Shown: positions 39,200-48,569, numbered from the stretch's first letter. The stretch: DNA of 64,000 nucleotides from an uncultured Pseudomonadales bacterium (GCA_964586045.1 CAZPFY010000001.1:154-64153), one strand, 5' to 3'. The notes: a model not told the origin generated them from the sequence alone. Translations and numbers: made by a program.

Positions 39200-39458
39200 T
39201 AATTAAATATAGCAAATATATTAAATTAAAAATTTAAATTTATAGATTCTTTGGTGATATATTTTGTTATTAAATTGGCAATATATATATTTGAGTGATT
39301 ATTGTTTTGGGCATAAATAAGATATTGGATAACAGATGTCAGGTATCAGATGTCTGATGTGTTTCTTAGAGATGGATCAGCCTTTGGATGAAGAAGTCAG
39401 GTGATTGATAAGACCTCACTTCTAATATTGACATGGATTTTTGCTAAAATAAATTAAA

Positions 39459-40058
39459 GTGTTAGATAAATTTAAAGATGTTTATCGAAAAACTGGAGAT
39501 TTGGAAAAATGGATGGGTGTTTTTGCGCTGTTGGGTGTGCTTGTTGCCTTTGTTGGCCTTTTTAGAGGTATTCTAGTGTCTCGTCAGGTTCAAATTGAGT
39601 ACCTAAACACAGATAAGAAGACTACAGAGGAAATTAAAATAGTGGTAGACATAGAGGGGGCAGTAAATAAACCGGGGGTGTACGAACTTTTAAATAATTC
39701 TAGGATAAAAGATATTTTGGTCTTGGCTGGAGGATATAGTGAAAAAGCAGATAGAACATACTGCGAAAAAATGATTAATTTGGCTTCAACCTTAAAAGAC
39801 GCTCAAAAAATTTACATCCCTTTTGTTAATGATACCCCGAAGGTGCTAGGGTATACTGAGGCTAATTCAGCTACAAAACTGATCAATATGAACACCGCTT
39901 CTGATAGTGAACTTGATACCCTTTGGGGTATAGGTGAGTCCAGAATAGAGAATATTGTGAAAAATAGACCATACCAAAGTGTCGAAGAGCTCGTTACAAA
40001 AAAAGTTTTTACGAAACAAATTTTGGAAAAAAATAAGGAGATGATAGTGGTTTATTAA
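39459..40058 (+). CDS. comEA: Competence DNA-binding protein ComEA (SLBB plus HhH)
   Basis: VDIEGAVNKPGVYEL; INMNTASDSELDTLWGIG. Confidence 0.92.
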   Translation: MLDKFKDVYRKTGDLEKWMGVFALLGVLVAFVGLFRGILVSRQVQIEYLNTDKKTTEEIKIVVDIEGAVNKPGVYELLNNSRIKDILVLAGGYSEKADRTYCEKMINLASTLKDAQKIYIPFVNDTPKVLGYTEANSATKLINMNTASDSELDTLWGIGESRIENIVKNRPYQSVEELVTKKVFTKQILEKNKEMIVVY

Positions 40059-40059
40059 C

Positions 40060-41178
40060 ATGCAAAAAAGGGTTTTTGCATTAGTCTTGTTACTTGTTTT
40101 GAGAATTATTATCGGTTTTGTTATTAATGCCAGATACTATCAATTTGAACAAATTAGAGTTACGGGAAAAGTGATCAGAGTGATTCAGATAGATAATAAC
40201 TGCATCATAGATTTGGGAGTATTTAGAGCAAAGATGGAGAACCGATGCGCCTTTAAAAAAGGCGAGTTTGTGAGGGTTGTTGGCAGACCTACAGCTGGTT
40301 TGATAGAGCTTCTTGGGGGTAAAATACTCTTGAACACGGCGATATTTGATTATTCTGAAAATAAGGATTTACTTGTTATGAGATTTGATTTTTGGCAGTC
40401 CACTTTTGGGCGACTGAGAGATTATTGCAGAGAAGTTTACCAAAGATTGTTGCCTAGGAACGAGTCGGCTTTGCTTGCGGGAATAGTTTTGGGGGATAAA
40501 GAAAGTATAGGCTATGATTTTTATCAGAATATGGTGAGAAGCGGAACAATCCATGTGGCTGTGGCCTCTGGATATAACTTGATGCTGGTGGGGGGAGTTA
40601 TTTTGAATTTGTTGTTTTGGATTTTTGAAAGGAAAAAAGCTACGATCTTTGCAGTTTTGGCCATGGCTTGTTATGCGGTTCTGGCGGGGTTTGAGCCACC
40701 TGTGGTGAGAGCTTTGATAATGTCGAGTTTGTTGCTTGTTGGCGCAGTGTTGGGGAGGAAGACAGCCCCTGTTTGGTTTTTAATAATTAGTGCTTGGGTA
40801 ATGCTGGTTTGGGACATGGATTTGCTTTGGAATGTTAGCTTTCAGCTTTCGGTTATGGCAAGTGTAGGGTTAATGGTGTTTGCGCCTTGGGTACAGGAAA
40901 TATTTAGGATAAAGGGGTTGGAGAAGGAAGGAATTGGTTTGGAAAAATTCGGCTTAATAACAACGGTGTGCACTATGTTGGCAACGGCACCAGTTATTTG
41001 GTGGCATTTTGGTAGAATAAGTATAATAGGCGTATTTAGCAATGTTTTTATATTGCCACTTGTCCCTCCAGTAATGATTCTTGGAGTTTTCACACTACTT
41101 ATGCCCGGACTGTTTTTTGTGCCTACTTATGCTCTGGTCCATCTTATGGTTTTGATAATTAACTTTTTTGGAACTTGA
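40060..41178 (+). CDS. comEC: ComEC/Rec2 competence membrane domain
   Basis: LAGIVLG, GTIHVAVASGYN, PPVVRALIM and SFQLS motifs. Confidence 0.9.
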   Translation: MQKRVFALVLLLVLRIIIGFVINARYYQFEQIRVTGKVIRVIQIDNNCIIDLGVFRAKMENRCAFKKGEFVRVVGRPTAGLIELLGGKILLNTAIFDYSENKDLLVMRFDFWQSTFGRLRDYCREVYQRLLPRNESALLAGIVLGDKESIGYDFYQNMVRSGTIHVAVASGYNLMLVGGVILNLLFWIFERKKATIFAVLAMACYAVLAGFEPPVVRALIMSSLLLVGAVLGRKTAPVWFLIISAWVMLVWDMDLLWNVSFQLSVMASVGLMVFAPWVQEIFRIKGLEKEGIGLEKFGLITTVCTMLATAPVIWWHFGRISIIGVFSNVFILPLVPPVMILGVFTLLMPGLFFVPTYALVHLMVLIINFFGT

Positions 41179-41203
41179 CATAGATATTTTAAACCTATAA
41201 AAT
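41175..41203 (+). promoter_or_regulatory. Sigma70 promoter of the cassette between the comEC halves
   Basis: TTGACA-17nt-TAAAAT; the -35 box overlaps the comEC TGA. Confidence 0.7.
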
Positions 41204-41242
41204 ACTAGACAATTGAACGTAAATTGAAATTGGGAGGTACAA

Positions 41243-41431
41243 ATGCTGAGAGATTTGGCGGAGTCGCTGTTTTTTTTGGGAATGGTGGTTGTTATTATTA
41301 AGTTCGGTTGGCAGCTGGTAGACTGGATTATGAGCATGCTGTACGTTCTATCTTTTGGATGCTGCCTGGGTATTGTGGCTTTGATTGGGGGAGCCATATA
41401 TTTCTTTGGAAATAGAGAAAACTTTTTTTAA
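41243..41431 (+). CDS. 62-aa membrane protein
   Basis: GGGAGG SD; own promoter; terminator hairpin at 41430-41459. Confidence 0.65.
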   Translation: MLRDLAESLFFLGMVVVIIKFGWQLVDWIMSMLYVLSFGCCLGIVALIGGAIYFFGNRENFF

Positions 41432-41473
41432 TCTCACCTGATTTAGGTGGGATTTTTTGTGGCAAAATAAACT

Positions 41474-42253
41474 GTGGATTGGAAAAAGTGGGGGGTGGTA
41501 ATTGTTCTTCTTTTATCTATTTGGATATATTTTGAGTGGCCAGATAATAAACTGCATGCGGTTTTTTGTGATGTAGGGCAGGGAGACGCAGCCTTAATTG
41601 TTTTGGGTAGATTTCAAGCTTTGGTAGATACTGGGGCGTATGAAGATAAAGTTTTGCAGTGCCTAGCTGATCACGTTCCTTTTTGGGACAGACAAATTGA
41701 GCTGGTTTTTTTGAGCCATGCGGATAAAGATCACGTCGGAGCTCTGGAGGGGATAAAAAAGCATTACAAGATTGGTAATGTAATTAGTAAGGCAAAGGAA
41801 AATGATTTAATAAGATATGGAACGTTATATTTTGAGATATTAAAAGGGAGTCAAAATAATGTGTTGGTACCCATGAGCGGATCGAGTGAATCGAATGAAT
41901 CGTCGATTGTGATGAGAATGGCTTTTGGTAAGCTGTCGGTGCTTTTTACGGGAGATATTGATATGGAGAATGAATTGGCACTGATTGCTAGTGGAGTGCT
42001 AAGGCAAACAGAGGTGTTAAAAGTGTCGCATCACGGCTCTAAGTTTGCAAGTGGCTCTGAGTTTTTGGAAAAGGTTATGCCTAAGTACGCAATTGTCTCG
42101 GTAGGAAAGAAAAATAGTTATGGCCACCCAAGTAGTGATACTTTGATGCGTTTAGACACTGTTAAAACAAAAGTTTTGCGAACGGATTTAATAGGGGAAA
42201 TTGAGTTTGTGAGCGATGGGAGTCGGTTGGTCGGTGTGTCGGCAGATCGGTAA
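41474..42253 (+). CDS. ComEC-like metallo-beta-lactamase-fold domain
   Basis: DVGQGDA, SHADKDHVG, FTGD, KVSHHGS and YGHP motifs. Confidence 0.9.
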   Translation: MDWKKWGVVIVLLLSIWIYFEWPDNKLHAVFCDVGQGDAALIVLGRFQALVDTGAYEDKVLQCLADHVPFWDRQIELVFLSHADKDHVGALEGIKKHYKIGNVISKAKENDLIRYGTLYFEILKGSQNNVLVPMSGSSESNESSIVMRMAFGKLSVLFTGDIDMENELALIASGVLRQTEVLKVSHHGSKFASGSEFLEKVMPKYAIVSVGKKNSYGHPSSDTLMRLDTVKTKVLRTDLIGEIEFVSDGSRLVGVSADR

Positions 42254-42308
42254 TCGGTGGCACAGCGACACGGAGTCACAAAAAGACACCCTTGCGGGTG
42301 TCGGATTT

Positions 42309-42902
42309 TTATTTCATGCGTTTTGAAAGGAGTAAGGCTTGGGCTTGGACGAGTTCTGTGGAGATGTAACTCATTTGCGCAAGCAGTTTTACAGAATATC
42401 CTCGATCACGAGGTTCTATATCTTTGTCGGTGAGGAACTTGGCCCAGTGTTCTGATAGGATTACGTTTTCGAGAAGAGAGCGAAACTTGGGATCGTTACC
42501 AATGTAGCCGGTGTTAGCCATAATTTCAATCATGGCTCGCAGAGTGACGATGGGGTCGCAGGCGAGTAGCCAATCAAATATCTTGTCAAAATGATTTTCC
42601 CAAATGTCTTGAATTGAGGTGATTTCGGAAGGCCCGAAACGACCAGTAGCCATGATCCATTTGAGAGGGCTCCCGGGAGCATATTCTTCTATGCCTATCC
42701 AAAGATGGCCGGGTAAAATAGATGGATAGGGGCGAATGACAATATTGTCGATTGTAGTTGGTTCATTGATCATACTTGGGTGGACAAGGCAGAGATTTGG
42801 TTTCGAACCGTGCTTTTTGGCGTAGTAATCGACCGCATTCTGGATCTTCTGTCCAAGAGTGGTCTTTGGGTCATTGTCGAACCATAACATTCCAGTGTGC
42901 AT
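42309..42902 (-). CDS. Hypothetical protein
   Basis: AAAGGAG SD; terminator at 42280-42310. Confidence 0.7.
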   Translation of the reverse strand: MHTGMLWFDNDPKTTLGQKIQNAVDYYAKKHGSKPNLCLVHPSMINEPTTIDNIVIRPYPSILPGHLWIGIEEYAPGSPLKWIMATGRFGPSEITSIQDIWENHFDKIFDWLLACDPIVTLRAMIEIMANTGYIGNDPKFRSLLENVILSEHWAKFLTDKDIEPRDRGYSVKLLAQMSYISTELVQAQALLLSKRMK

Positions 42903-43014
42903 AAGAGCTCCTTTTGTGAAAGAATTTTGGCTATTTTAGCATGGTTTGGGGAAATATGATACAATATAGGATGACTTAAGCAGTCGTATCTTTGAATAAA
43001 TTAGGAGGTGTAAC

Positions 43015-43359
43015 TTGAGGAGAACAAAGTCGTGGTTGCTTTTAGTGTTTCTGTTGATTGTATTGGTTTCGATTTCGCCCCTTTTTAGTTTTTTGAAGGA
43101 TTTGGCTAAGACCTACCCCTTGTTGTATGTCTCATTGTTTTTGACCTTTGTGGTTGTGCTCCGAATGTTTCCGAGAGGTCAAAATTACCGAACTTTTTCG
43201 GGAGACTTCTGGAAAATGATTTCGACCGTTCTGTTGATTGGTGTTGTTGTTGGCACATTTTTTTCCAGTTTTCTTTATGGATTAATATCTTGGTCTTTAA
43301 TCTGCAGCTTTTTGTATTGGTGGCATGTTTATAGCTTACCTACGAAAAAGACAGGGTGA
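43015..43359 (+). CDS. Four-TM hypothetical protein
   Basis: AGGAGGTG SD, TTG start, terminator at 43367-43400. Confidence 0.65.
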   Translation: MRRTKSWLLLVFLLIVLVSISPLFSFLKDLAKTYPLLYVSLFLTFVVVLRMFPRGQNYRTFSGDFWKMISTVLLIGVVVGTFFSSFLYGLISWSLICSFLYWWHVYSLPTKKTG

Positions 43360-43401
43360 GTTGGTTATATCCCGCTTGCGATTTTGCAGGCGGGATTTTT
43401 G

Positions 43402-43571
43402 TATCAAAAAAGTAATTTTATTTTGATTTGCTCACACAAAAACCGAACGCTATTTCGCCAGCGCGAAATCCGTTCTTGTTTGCAGCCAAAAATCCCGCCT
43501 GAGCGGGAACCAGCTTTTTGGCTTTGCGCAATATTTTTGTTTTGAGTAAATCGAAATGTTATTTTTTGATA
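43402..43571. mobile_element. About 170-bp MITE-like inverted-repeat element
   Basis: Long imperfect terminal IR enclosing two internal hairpins. Confidence 0.55.
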
Positions 43572-43593
43572 TCTGTTGGGTTACAATTATCAA

Positions 43594-44865
43594 ATGAGAT
43601 TTGCGCCAAAAATTCACAAGATAGGAAACCTAAAAGTCGTTCTGGTTCCAGAAGATAGAGAGTCGGTTACGGTTCGGGTGATGATTGGGACGGGAAGCCG
43701 AGAGGAGACGGATAAAGAGGCTGGTTCGGCGCATTTTTTGGAACACTTTGTATTTAAGGGGACCAAAAAGTTTCCAGGAATGTATGACATCAACGAGGCG
43801 GTGGAAAAAGTAGGCGGTGCCTTTAATGCTTACACTGGCCAAAACGAAATGGGCTTTTGGGTGAAGATGGCCAAGAATCATTTGGAGACAGCTATGAGTA
43901 TTGTGGCTCAGGTAGTAACCGAGCCACTTTTGCCTGAAGAACACTTCGATAAAGAGAGGGGGACGATATTGGAAGAACTACACATGTATGAAGATCGACC
44001 AAGTAGTAAGGCGGCAGAGGAATGTGGCAAATTGCTTTTTGGGAAAACAAATATGGGAAGACCAATAATTGGGACGGTGGAAAGTTTGAATGCCATGTCA
44101 GTTACTGATTTGCGAAATTATTTTGACAAATGGTTTGTGGCCGAAAATATTACGGTGGGGGTGGTGGGAAGTTTTGGTGATGAGAATAGGGTAATAGAGT
44201 TGATCAAAAAAGAATTTGTTAAATTGGTTGAAGACAAGAGAAAATTACCGATGAAAAATAAATTTATTTGGGAAAAGAGTGAATCAATAAAGACAAAGTT
44301 GGTTAGTCGTAAAGTAGAGCAAGCGGCGGTAGTAATGGCTTTTAGGGGAATTGATATGAATGATGAACGACGATATTCGCTAGAACTTCTTAATATTATT
44401 TTGGGGGATGGGTGGACATCTCGATTGATGCGAGAAGTGCGAGAGGAAAGGGGTTGGGCTTATGCTTTGGGGTCGGATGTGGATCAGTTTACGGATGCCG
44501 GGGAAATATTTATCGGAGCTGGTTTGCCAAAGAATAAATTAAAAGAGGCGGTTAACTTGATTACGGAAATTTGTTACGGATTGGGAGAGCCAAAAAGTAA
44601 ATGGGTGATAAAAGAAGAGGAGCTAAAGGTAGCAAAAGAGTGTTTTAGGGGGAGGATGGCTTTGGCGATGGATAAGCCGGAAAATGTACTAGGTGAAGCA
44701 CTGGATGATGTTACTTTTCGGGGTCATATAATGAGTCCAGAAGAGACGTTGGAGAAGATTGAGAGTGTGAACCTATCGGAGACATTAGAATTGGCCAGAG
44801 AGCTTTTAAAGGAGAAGTATTTAAGCATTGCCGTGGTGGGAGATTATACGAAGTTACCGTTTTAG
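43594..44865 (+). CDS. M16-family zinc peptidase
   Basis: GSAHFLEHFVFKGT (HxxEH), NAYT and VREERGWAY motifs. Confidence 0.93.
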   Translation: MRFAPKIHKIGNLKVVLVPEDRESVTVRVMIGTGSREETDKEAGSAHFLEHFVFKGTKKFPGMYDINEAVEKVGGAFNAYTGQNEMGFWVKMAKNHLETAMSIVAQVVTEPLLPEEHFDKERGTILEELHMYEDRPSSKAAEECGKLLFGKTNMGRPIIGTVESLNAMSVTDLRNYFDKWFVAENITVGVVGSFGDENRVIELIKKEFVKLVEDKRKLPMKNKFIWEKSESIKTKLVSRKVEQAAVVMAFRGIDMNDERRYSLELLNIILGDGWTSRLMREVREERGWAYALGSDVDQFTDAGEIFIGAGLPKNKLKEAVNLITEICYGLGEPKSKWVIKEEELKVAKECFRGRMALAMDKPENVLGEALDDVTFRGHIMSPEETLEKIESVNLSETLELARELLKEKYLSIAVVGDYTKLPF

Positions 44866-44867
44866 GC

Positions 44868-45052
44868 AAAAAATTGCCTCCCATAAGGGAGGTCTTTTCG
44901 ATTGGGAATCTGCAAGGGTTAGGGTATTCAATACTTCATGAGTAAGCTCCGTTGCACGGCCTTATCGGCAATTAGTCCGGTTACGCTGGAAAGCGGCCAC
45001 CTGGTTTTTTGAATCAGTTAGGAGCAAATGGCTCCATACCAGGGTGCTAATA
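44868..45052 (-). ncRNA. Putative structured ncRNA A, about 185 nt
   Basis: Perfect promoter upstream, several hairpins, terminator CCTCCC-TTAT-GGGAGG plus T-tract, no long ORF. Confidence 0.55.
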
Positions 45053-45058
45053 GGTAGT

Positions 45059-45087
45059 ATTATAACCTATAGTTGCTAATTTGTCAA
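45059..45087 (-). promoter_or_regulatory. Consensus sigma70 promoter for unit A
   Basis: TTGACA-AATTAGCAACTATAGGT-TATAAT. Confidence 0.85.
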
Positions 45088-45104
45088 GTTGGGGAATTTT
45101 TGGC

Positions 45105-45615
45105 AAAAAAATAACCTGTGTCCATCAGCTTTCGCTATTGATGACTACAGGTTTTTTTGGTTTCGGCTTAAGTATCCGTAACGTTGGCGGCCGCGCTCCC
45201 CACTTTCTGGCGTCCCAACGTGTTAGGTCCTTTATCGCTTCTATGTGTCCTGGGAAGAGGATACTCTGATGAATGTGGAATCTCAACAGATGTCAATTTC
45301 TCCCGATCACCACTGAAAAGCGGTGTTTTAACTTGTCCAAACTACTCTACGCTCCGAGGTTAATCGGGCACTAAGATTCCTTTTTAAGGCCGCTTAATAG
45401 AGATTTACGCTTGGTGATAAGTTTGCTGGACTACGGTGCATAGCCCCACAGGCCTCGTCAATGGACGTCTTACCTTACCTGTGGGGCCACAATATCATTT
45501 TGATTTTTAATGCTCCTTTTTTACACCGGCTCGGCCGGGCTATTGAGGCGCGACTTTGTGCACCAAGGCTTTTTTTGAACCTGGGTTGTAAGAGGGGCGG
45601 GTTGCCCTTCTTGAT
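45105..45615 (-). ncRNA. Putative structured ncRNA B, about 510 nt
   Basis: Many helices (GCCCCACAGG/CCTGTGGGGC, ACGTTGG/CCAACGT, GAAA-capped terminal stem), T-tract end, no minus-strand ORF of 60 aa or more. Confidence 0.55.
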
Positions 45616-45621
45616 GAGGTT

Positions 45622-45649
45622 ATTATATCTCATAATGTATCTGTGTCAA
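45622..45649 (-). promoter_or_regulatory. Sigma70 promoter for unit B
   Basis: TTGACA-16nt-TATAAT. Confidence 0.75.
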
Positions 45650-45666
45650 TAACTAGTTTTTTTGGC

Positions 45667-46131
45667 AAAAAAAATGCCAGGTAAGCGATGCAAGCGCGAT
45701 AGTGTCTCGACTAATCTGAGCCACTATGGTTGATATCGTCAGTACCTGGCAGGCCGGTTTTCGGCTGATGGCGACTCTCGTGAGTATCCCCCGAGAGAGT
45801 GCGAACCCATACGAATGGGTTATTCACCGTTATTAGCGGTGCAGCTTTTAAACTCATTGATTGACTCAGCGGGGGATTCCCGTGAAGTGCTTCAGATGAA
45901 GTTTCGCAATTGGGATAAGAATCTATATCACAATTTTGAGCTGCACGAGGGCTTTTCTCCTTTCTTTTCCGCTCAGGGGCGGGTTATTGCCGGCGATCGT
46001 GCCGGACTGTTTTTTTGTGTCCATCGACGCAGGTTCCTGCCTGGAGGGCGAGGATATCGGTGGACGGTGCAGTTTGGCGGATTTTCCGTTCGGGATAGTC
46101 GTTCAAGAGCATCCCTTATCAAACCAAATAT
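45667..46131 (-). ncRNA. Putative structured ncRNA C, about 465 nt
   Basis: Helices GTGCAGCT/AGCTGCAC, AACCCAT/ATGGGTT, GTCCACCGA/TCGATGGAC and TGCCAGGTA/TACCTGGCA plus T8. Confidence 0.55.
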
Positions 46132-46137
46132 GGGAGT

Positions 46138-46166
46138 ATTCTAGCCTATAGTTGCTAATTTGTCAA
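46138..46166 (-). promoter_or_regulatory. Sigma70 promoter for unit C
   Basis: TTGACA-17nt-TAGAAT; 23 bp identical to the unit A promoter. Confidence 0.85.
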
Positions 46167-46207
46167 GACGATGGTAGAATTGGCCATCCTAATAGTTTGG
46201 AGGAACA

Positions 46208-46450
46208 ATGAAAATTAAGCTTGGTATTACTGGTTTGTATCTGTTTGTTTTGGCGGCCGTTCTGTTTCTTGCCAAAACAATTGATTTGCCTTACGGGTAT
46301 ATCCCGCAGTGGGCCGGATACATTGGTTTGGGGTTGATGTTCCTTGGTATCGTGTTCATGGCCATTGATTCTGGTCCGTGGAACAGAATCAAGAAATCAG
46401 GCGATCACGATGCACCGTTTCGGATAAGGAAGCCAAAAAAAGAAGAGTAA
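46208..46450 (+). CDS. Small two-TM protein
   Basis: GGAGG SD; terminator at 46475-46500. Confidence 0.65.
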   Translation: MKIKLGITGLYLFVLAAVLFLAKTIDLPYGYIPQWAGYIGLGLMFLGIVFMAIDSGPWNRIKKSGDHDAPFRIRKPKKEE

Positions 46451-46561
46451 AAATAAGTTTATCTGTTTGAAACTGAGACGCCGTAAGGCGTCTCTTTTAT
46501 TTGGGGGAATCGTAAGAATGGAGTTGCAAATTTTGGAAAATGAAGGTATAGATTAGAGCTA

Positions 46562-47152
46562 ATGAGTGATACAAAAACTGGACCGAGGGAGTATCGTCCC
46601 TTGAGTATTCCTGGAGCAACAATAATAAGGCCAAAATTAAACGTGGGTAAGTATGATGGTTGGTTGATTGAGCCGGTGGATTTTTCGGAAGCTAGTTACT
46701 ATTTGGGATATAAATTTGATCCGAGAAGTATGTATGCTACGTGGGCGCCTGAGGGAATTGTCCGCGGTGGTCATATGGAGAGTAGGTCCAAGTTGGTAAC
46801 GATATTGTCTGGTTTGGTTTATTATGTTTTGGTAGATATGCGACCAGGAGAAAATCAGGGTAAGGTGGAGCAGTTTTATTTGGGTGATGGGATAGAAGAG
46901 GCATGGGGAAGATCTGTTTTGGTTCCAGAGGGGGTAATTGATGCTTATGTGGTGGTCAGTGAAAATGCATTGCATTTGGGAGTTGGAGATCAGCCCTATA
47001 ACGCTTTTTATTCTTTGAAGACACTTGACTTGTTTGATAAGAACCTTGGAATTAATTGGCCGGTTATTGGTGATAGAGCAACATACAACGATTCGCATAG
47101 AGATAACCAAGTGGTTTTGCCAAAAGAGGAATTTATAAAAAGTTTGTATTGA
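46562..47152 (+). CDS. Divergent RmlC-like (dTDP-4-dehydrorhamnose 3,5-epimerase family) cupin
   Basis: GIVRGGHME..KLV, VLVDMRP, VLVPEG and LGINWP motifs. Confidence 0.75.
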   Translation: MSDTKTGPREYRPLSIPGATIIRPKLNVGKYDGWLIEPVDFSEASYYLGYKFDPRSMYATWAPEGIVRGGHMESRSKLVTILSGLVYYVLVDMRPGENQGKVEQFYLGDGIEEAWGRSVLVPEGVIDAYVVVSENALHLGVGDQPYNAFYSLKTLDLFDKNLGINWPVIGDRATYNDSHRDNQVVLPKEEFIKSLY

Positions 47153-47155
47153 GAT

Positions 47156-48208
47156 ATGGATAAAAATAATTTACAAAACGATGCAGCTTATGAGGTAGCT
47201 TCAATGAAGAGTAGTGCCAGGTATTGGTTTAAGCGAGATTTTTGCGACATTCGACATGGTAAGGACAGATCGATTTTGATTGCTTTGGAAAAGGCTGGTT
47301 GGAGTGGTGATAATGGGTTGGGTCAATTGCCTTGGAACATCCGAGTTGAGGACAAAAGGTCTTTTCAGGCTTGGAAGTTGGGAATTTTGAGTATTAACGG
47401 TGAAGATAAATTGGTTTTTGAGAGATTTTTGAGAGGTATAAGCGGAGTTAAAACAGATACATTTAATTTATCTTACTTGCCCAATTGGATAATTGAGGAG
47501 TTGGAGCAAGTGGCTTTGGAAATAACTCAGAGGGATTTCGAAAAAGAAGCAGGTGAGTTTGTGGAGAAAATAGCGCGACAAGCAAAAGAGGAAAAACAAA
47601 GTCAAAAAGCAACTTTGTCGGCTAAAGTAGAAGAACTATCGATTGGTGGTTTATTTCATATCATGTCGCAGACGCGAGGCGACGAGAGGGGAAGTTTTCG
47701 GGAGGTAGCCAGAATGCCGGAAATAGAACTTTTGACGGGTTATGATTTTGTGGGGAAGCAAGTAAATCACTCAATGTCCACCTATGGAATTTTGCGAGGG
47801 ATGCACGTAGAACCTTGGGCAAAACTGGTAACGGTGATTCATGGTTTTGCGGTTTCTGTTTTGCTTGATTGCCGTTTGCATTCCAGAACCTATGGCAAGA
47901 TGGAGACTATCTTTTTGGGTTATGGAAAAGCACCGGACGGAGAAGAAGTAAAAGGAGGAGCCCTGTTTATAGAGCCAGGAATTGCGAACTCTGTTTTGGT
48001 TTTATCTGAGAAGATGGATTATCAATATGTAGTTGATGATTTGTGGAGGCCTGAGACAGCACTTTACTCGGTTAATCCCATGGATTCTGAACTAGCAATT
48101 GATTGGGGCAAATATGTGTCTTTGGACAAAATAACCAGGTCGGAAAGAGATACCAAGTCGCCAACATTCGCTGAGTTTACTAAATTAATGAAAGAAAATG
48201 GAAAATAA
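47156..48208 (+). CDS. Unknown N-terminal domain fused to an RmlC-like epimerase
   Basis: DERGSFRE, QVNHS, GILRGMH, KLV and SERD motifs. Confidence 0.8.
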   Translation: MDKNNLQNDAAYEVASMKSSARYWFKRDFCDIRHGKDRSILIALEKAGWSGDNGLGQLPWNIRVEDKRSFQAWKLGILSINGEDKLVFERFLRGISGVKTDTFNLSYLPNWIIEELEQVALEITQRDFEKEAGEFVEKIARQAKEEKQSQKATLSAKVEELSIGGLFHIMSQTRGDERGSFREVARMPEIELLTGYDFVGKQVNHSMSTYGILRGMHVEPWAKLVTVIHGFAVSVLLDCRLHSRTYGKMETIFLGYGKAPDGEEVKGGALFIEPGIANSVLVLSEKMDYQYVVDDLWRPETALYSVNPMDSELAIDWGKYVSLDKITRSERDTKSPTFAEFTKLMKENGK

Positions 48209-48569
48209 AAATATGAAAGTAGTTGCGGTTGATTTTGATGGGGTAATTCACAAATATTCTAAGGGTTGGGGCGATGGCAGTATTTACGATGTTGCGGTTG
48301 AGGGGGCAAGCGAGAGTTTGGAAAAATTGGTTGCTGACGGATGGAAGGTAATTATTTTTACTACCAGACTTAATCCAGAAGTTAATGAAGATATTTTGCT
48401 GGAGAGAAATAAAATGATGAAGTGGTTACATGATAATGGTATTATTTTGAATCGACATTTTCACGAAATAACGGCGGTGAAGCCATCGGCGAAATATTAT
48501 ATTGATGACAAAGGGATTCGGTTTACTGACTGGGAGGCAACTATCAAATTTGTAAGCGAAAATGCCTGA
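48198..48569 (+). CDS. Small HAD-superfamily phosphatase
   Basis: VDFDGVI, FTTR and KP...YYIDDK motifs. Confidence 0.85.
   Translation: MENKNMKVVAVDFDGVIHKYSKGWGDGSIYDVAVEGASESLEKLVADGWKVIIFTTRLNPEVNEDILLERNKMMKWLHDNGIILNRHFHEITAVKPSAKYYIDDKGIRFTDWEATIKFVSENA

Noticed and set aside
44868-46131. RNase P RNA, tmRNA or self-splicing intron
   Set aside because: I found no GAGGAAAGUCC, no tRNA-like ends with CCA and no clear intron core by eye. An Rfam search is still needed to exclude divergent forms.
45815-46151. Plus-strand ORFs (109 aa and 71 aa; also 45081-45269 and 45461-45652) as genes
   Set aside because: No SD or promoter and no recognisable motifs. All promoter and terminator signals in the region point to the minus strand.
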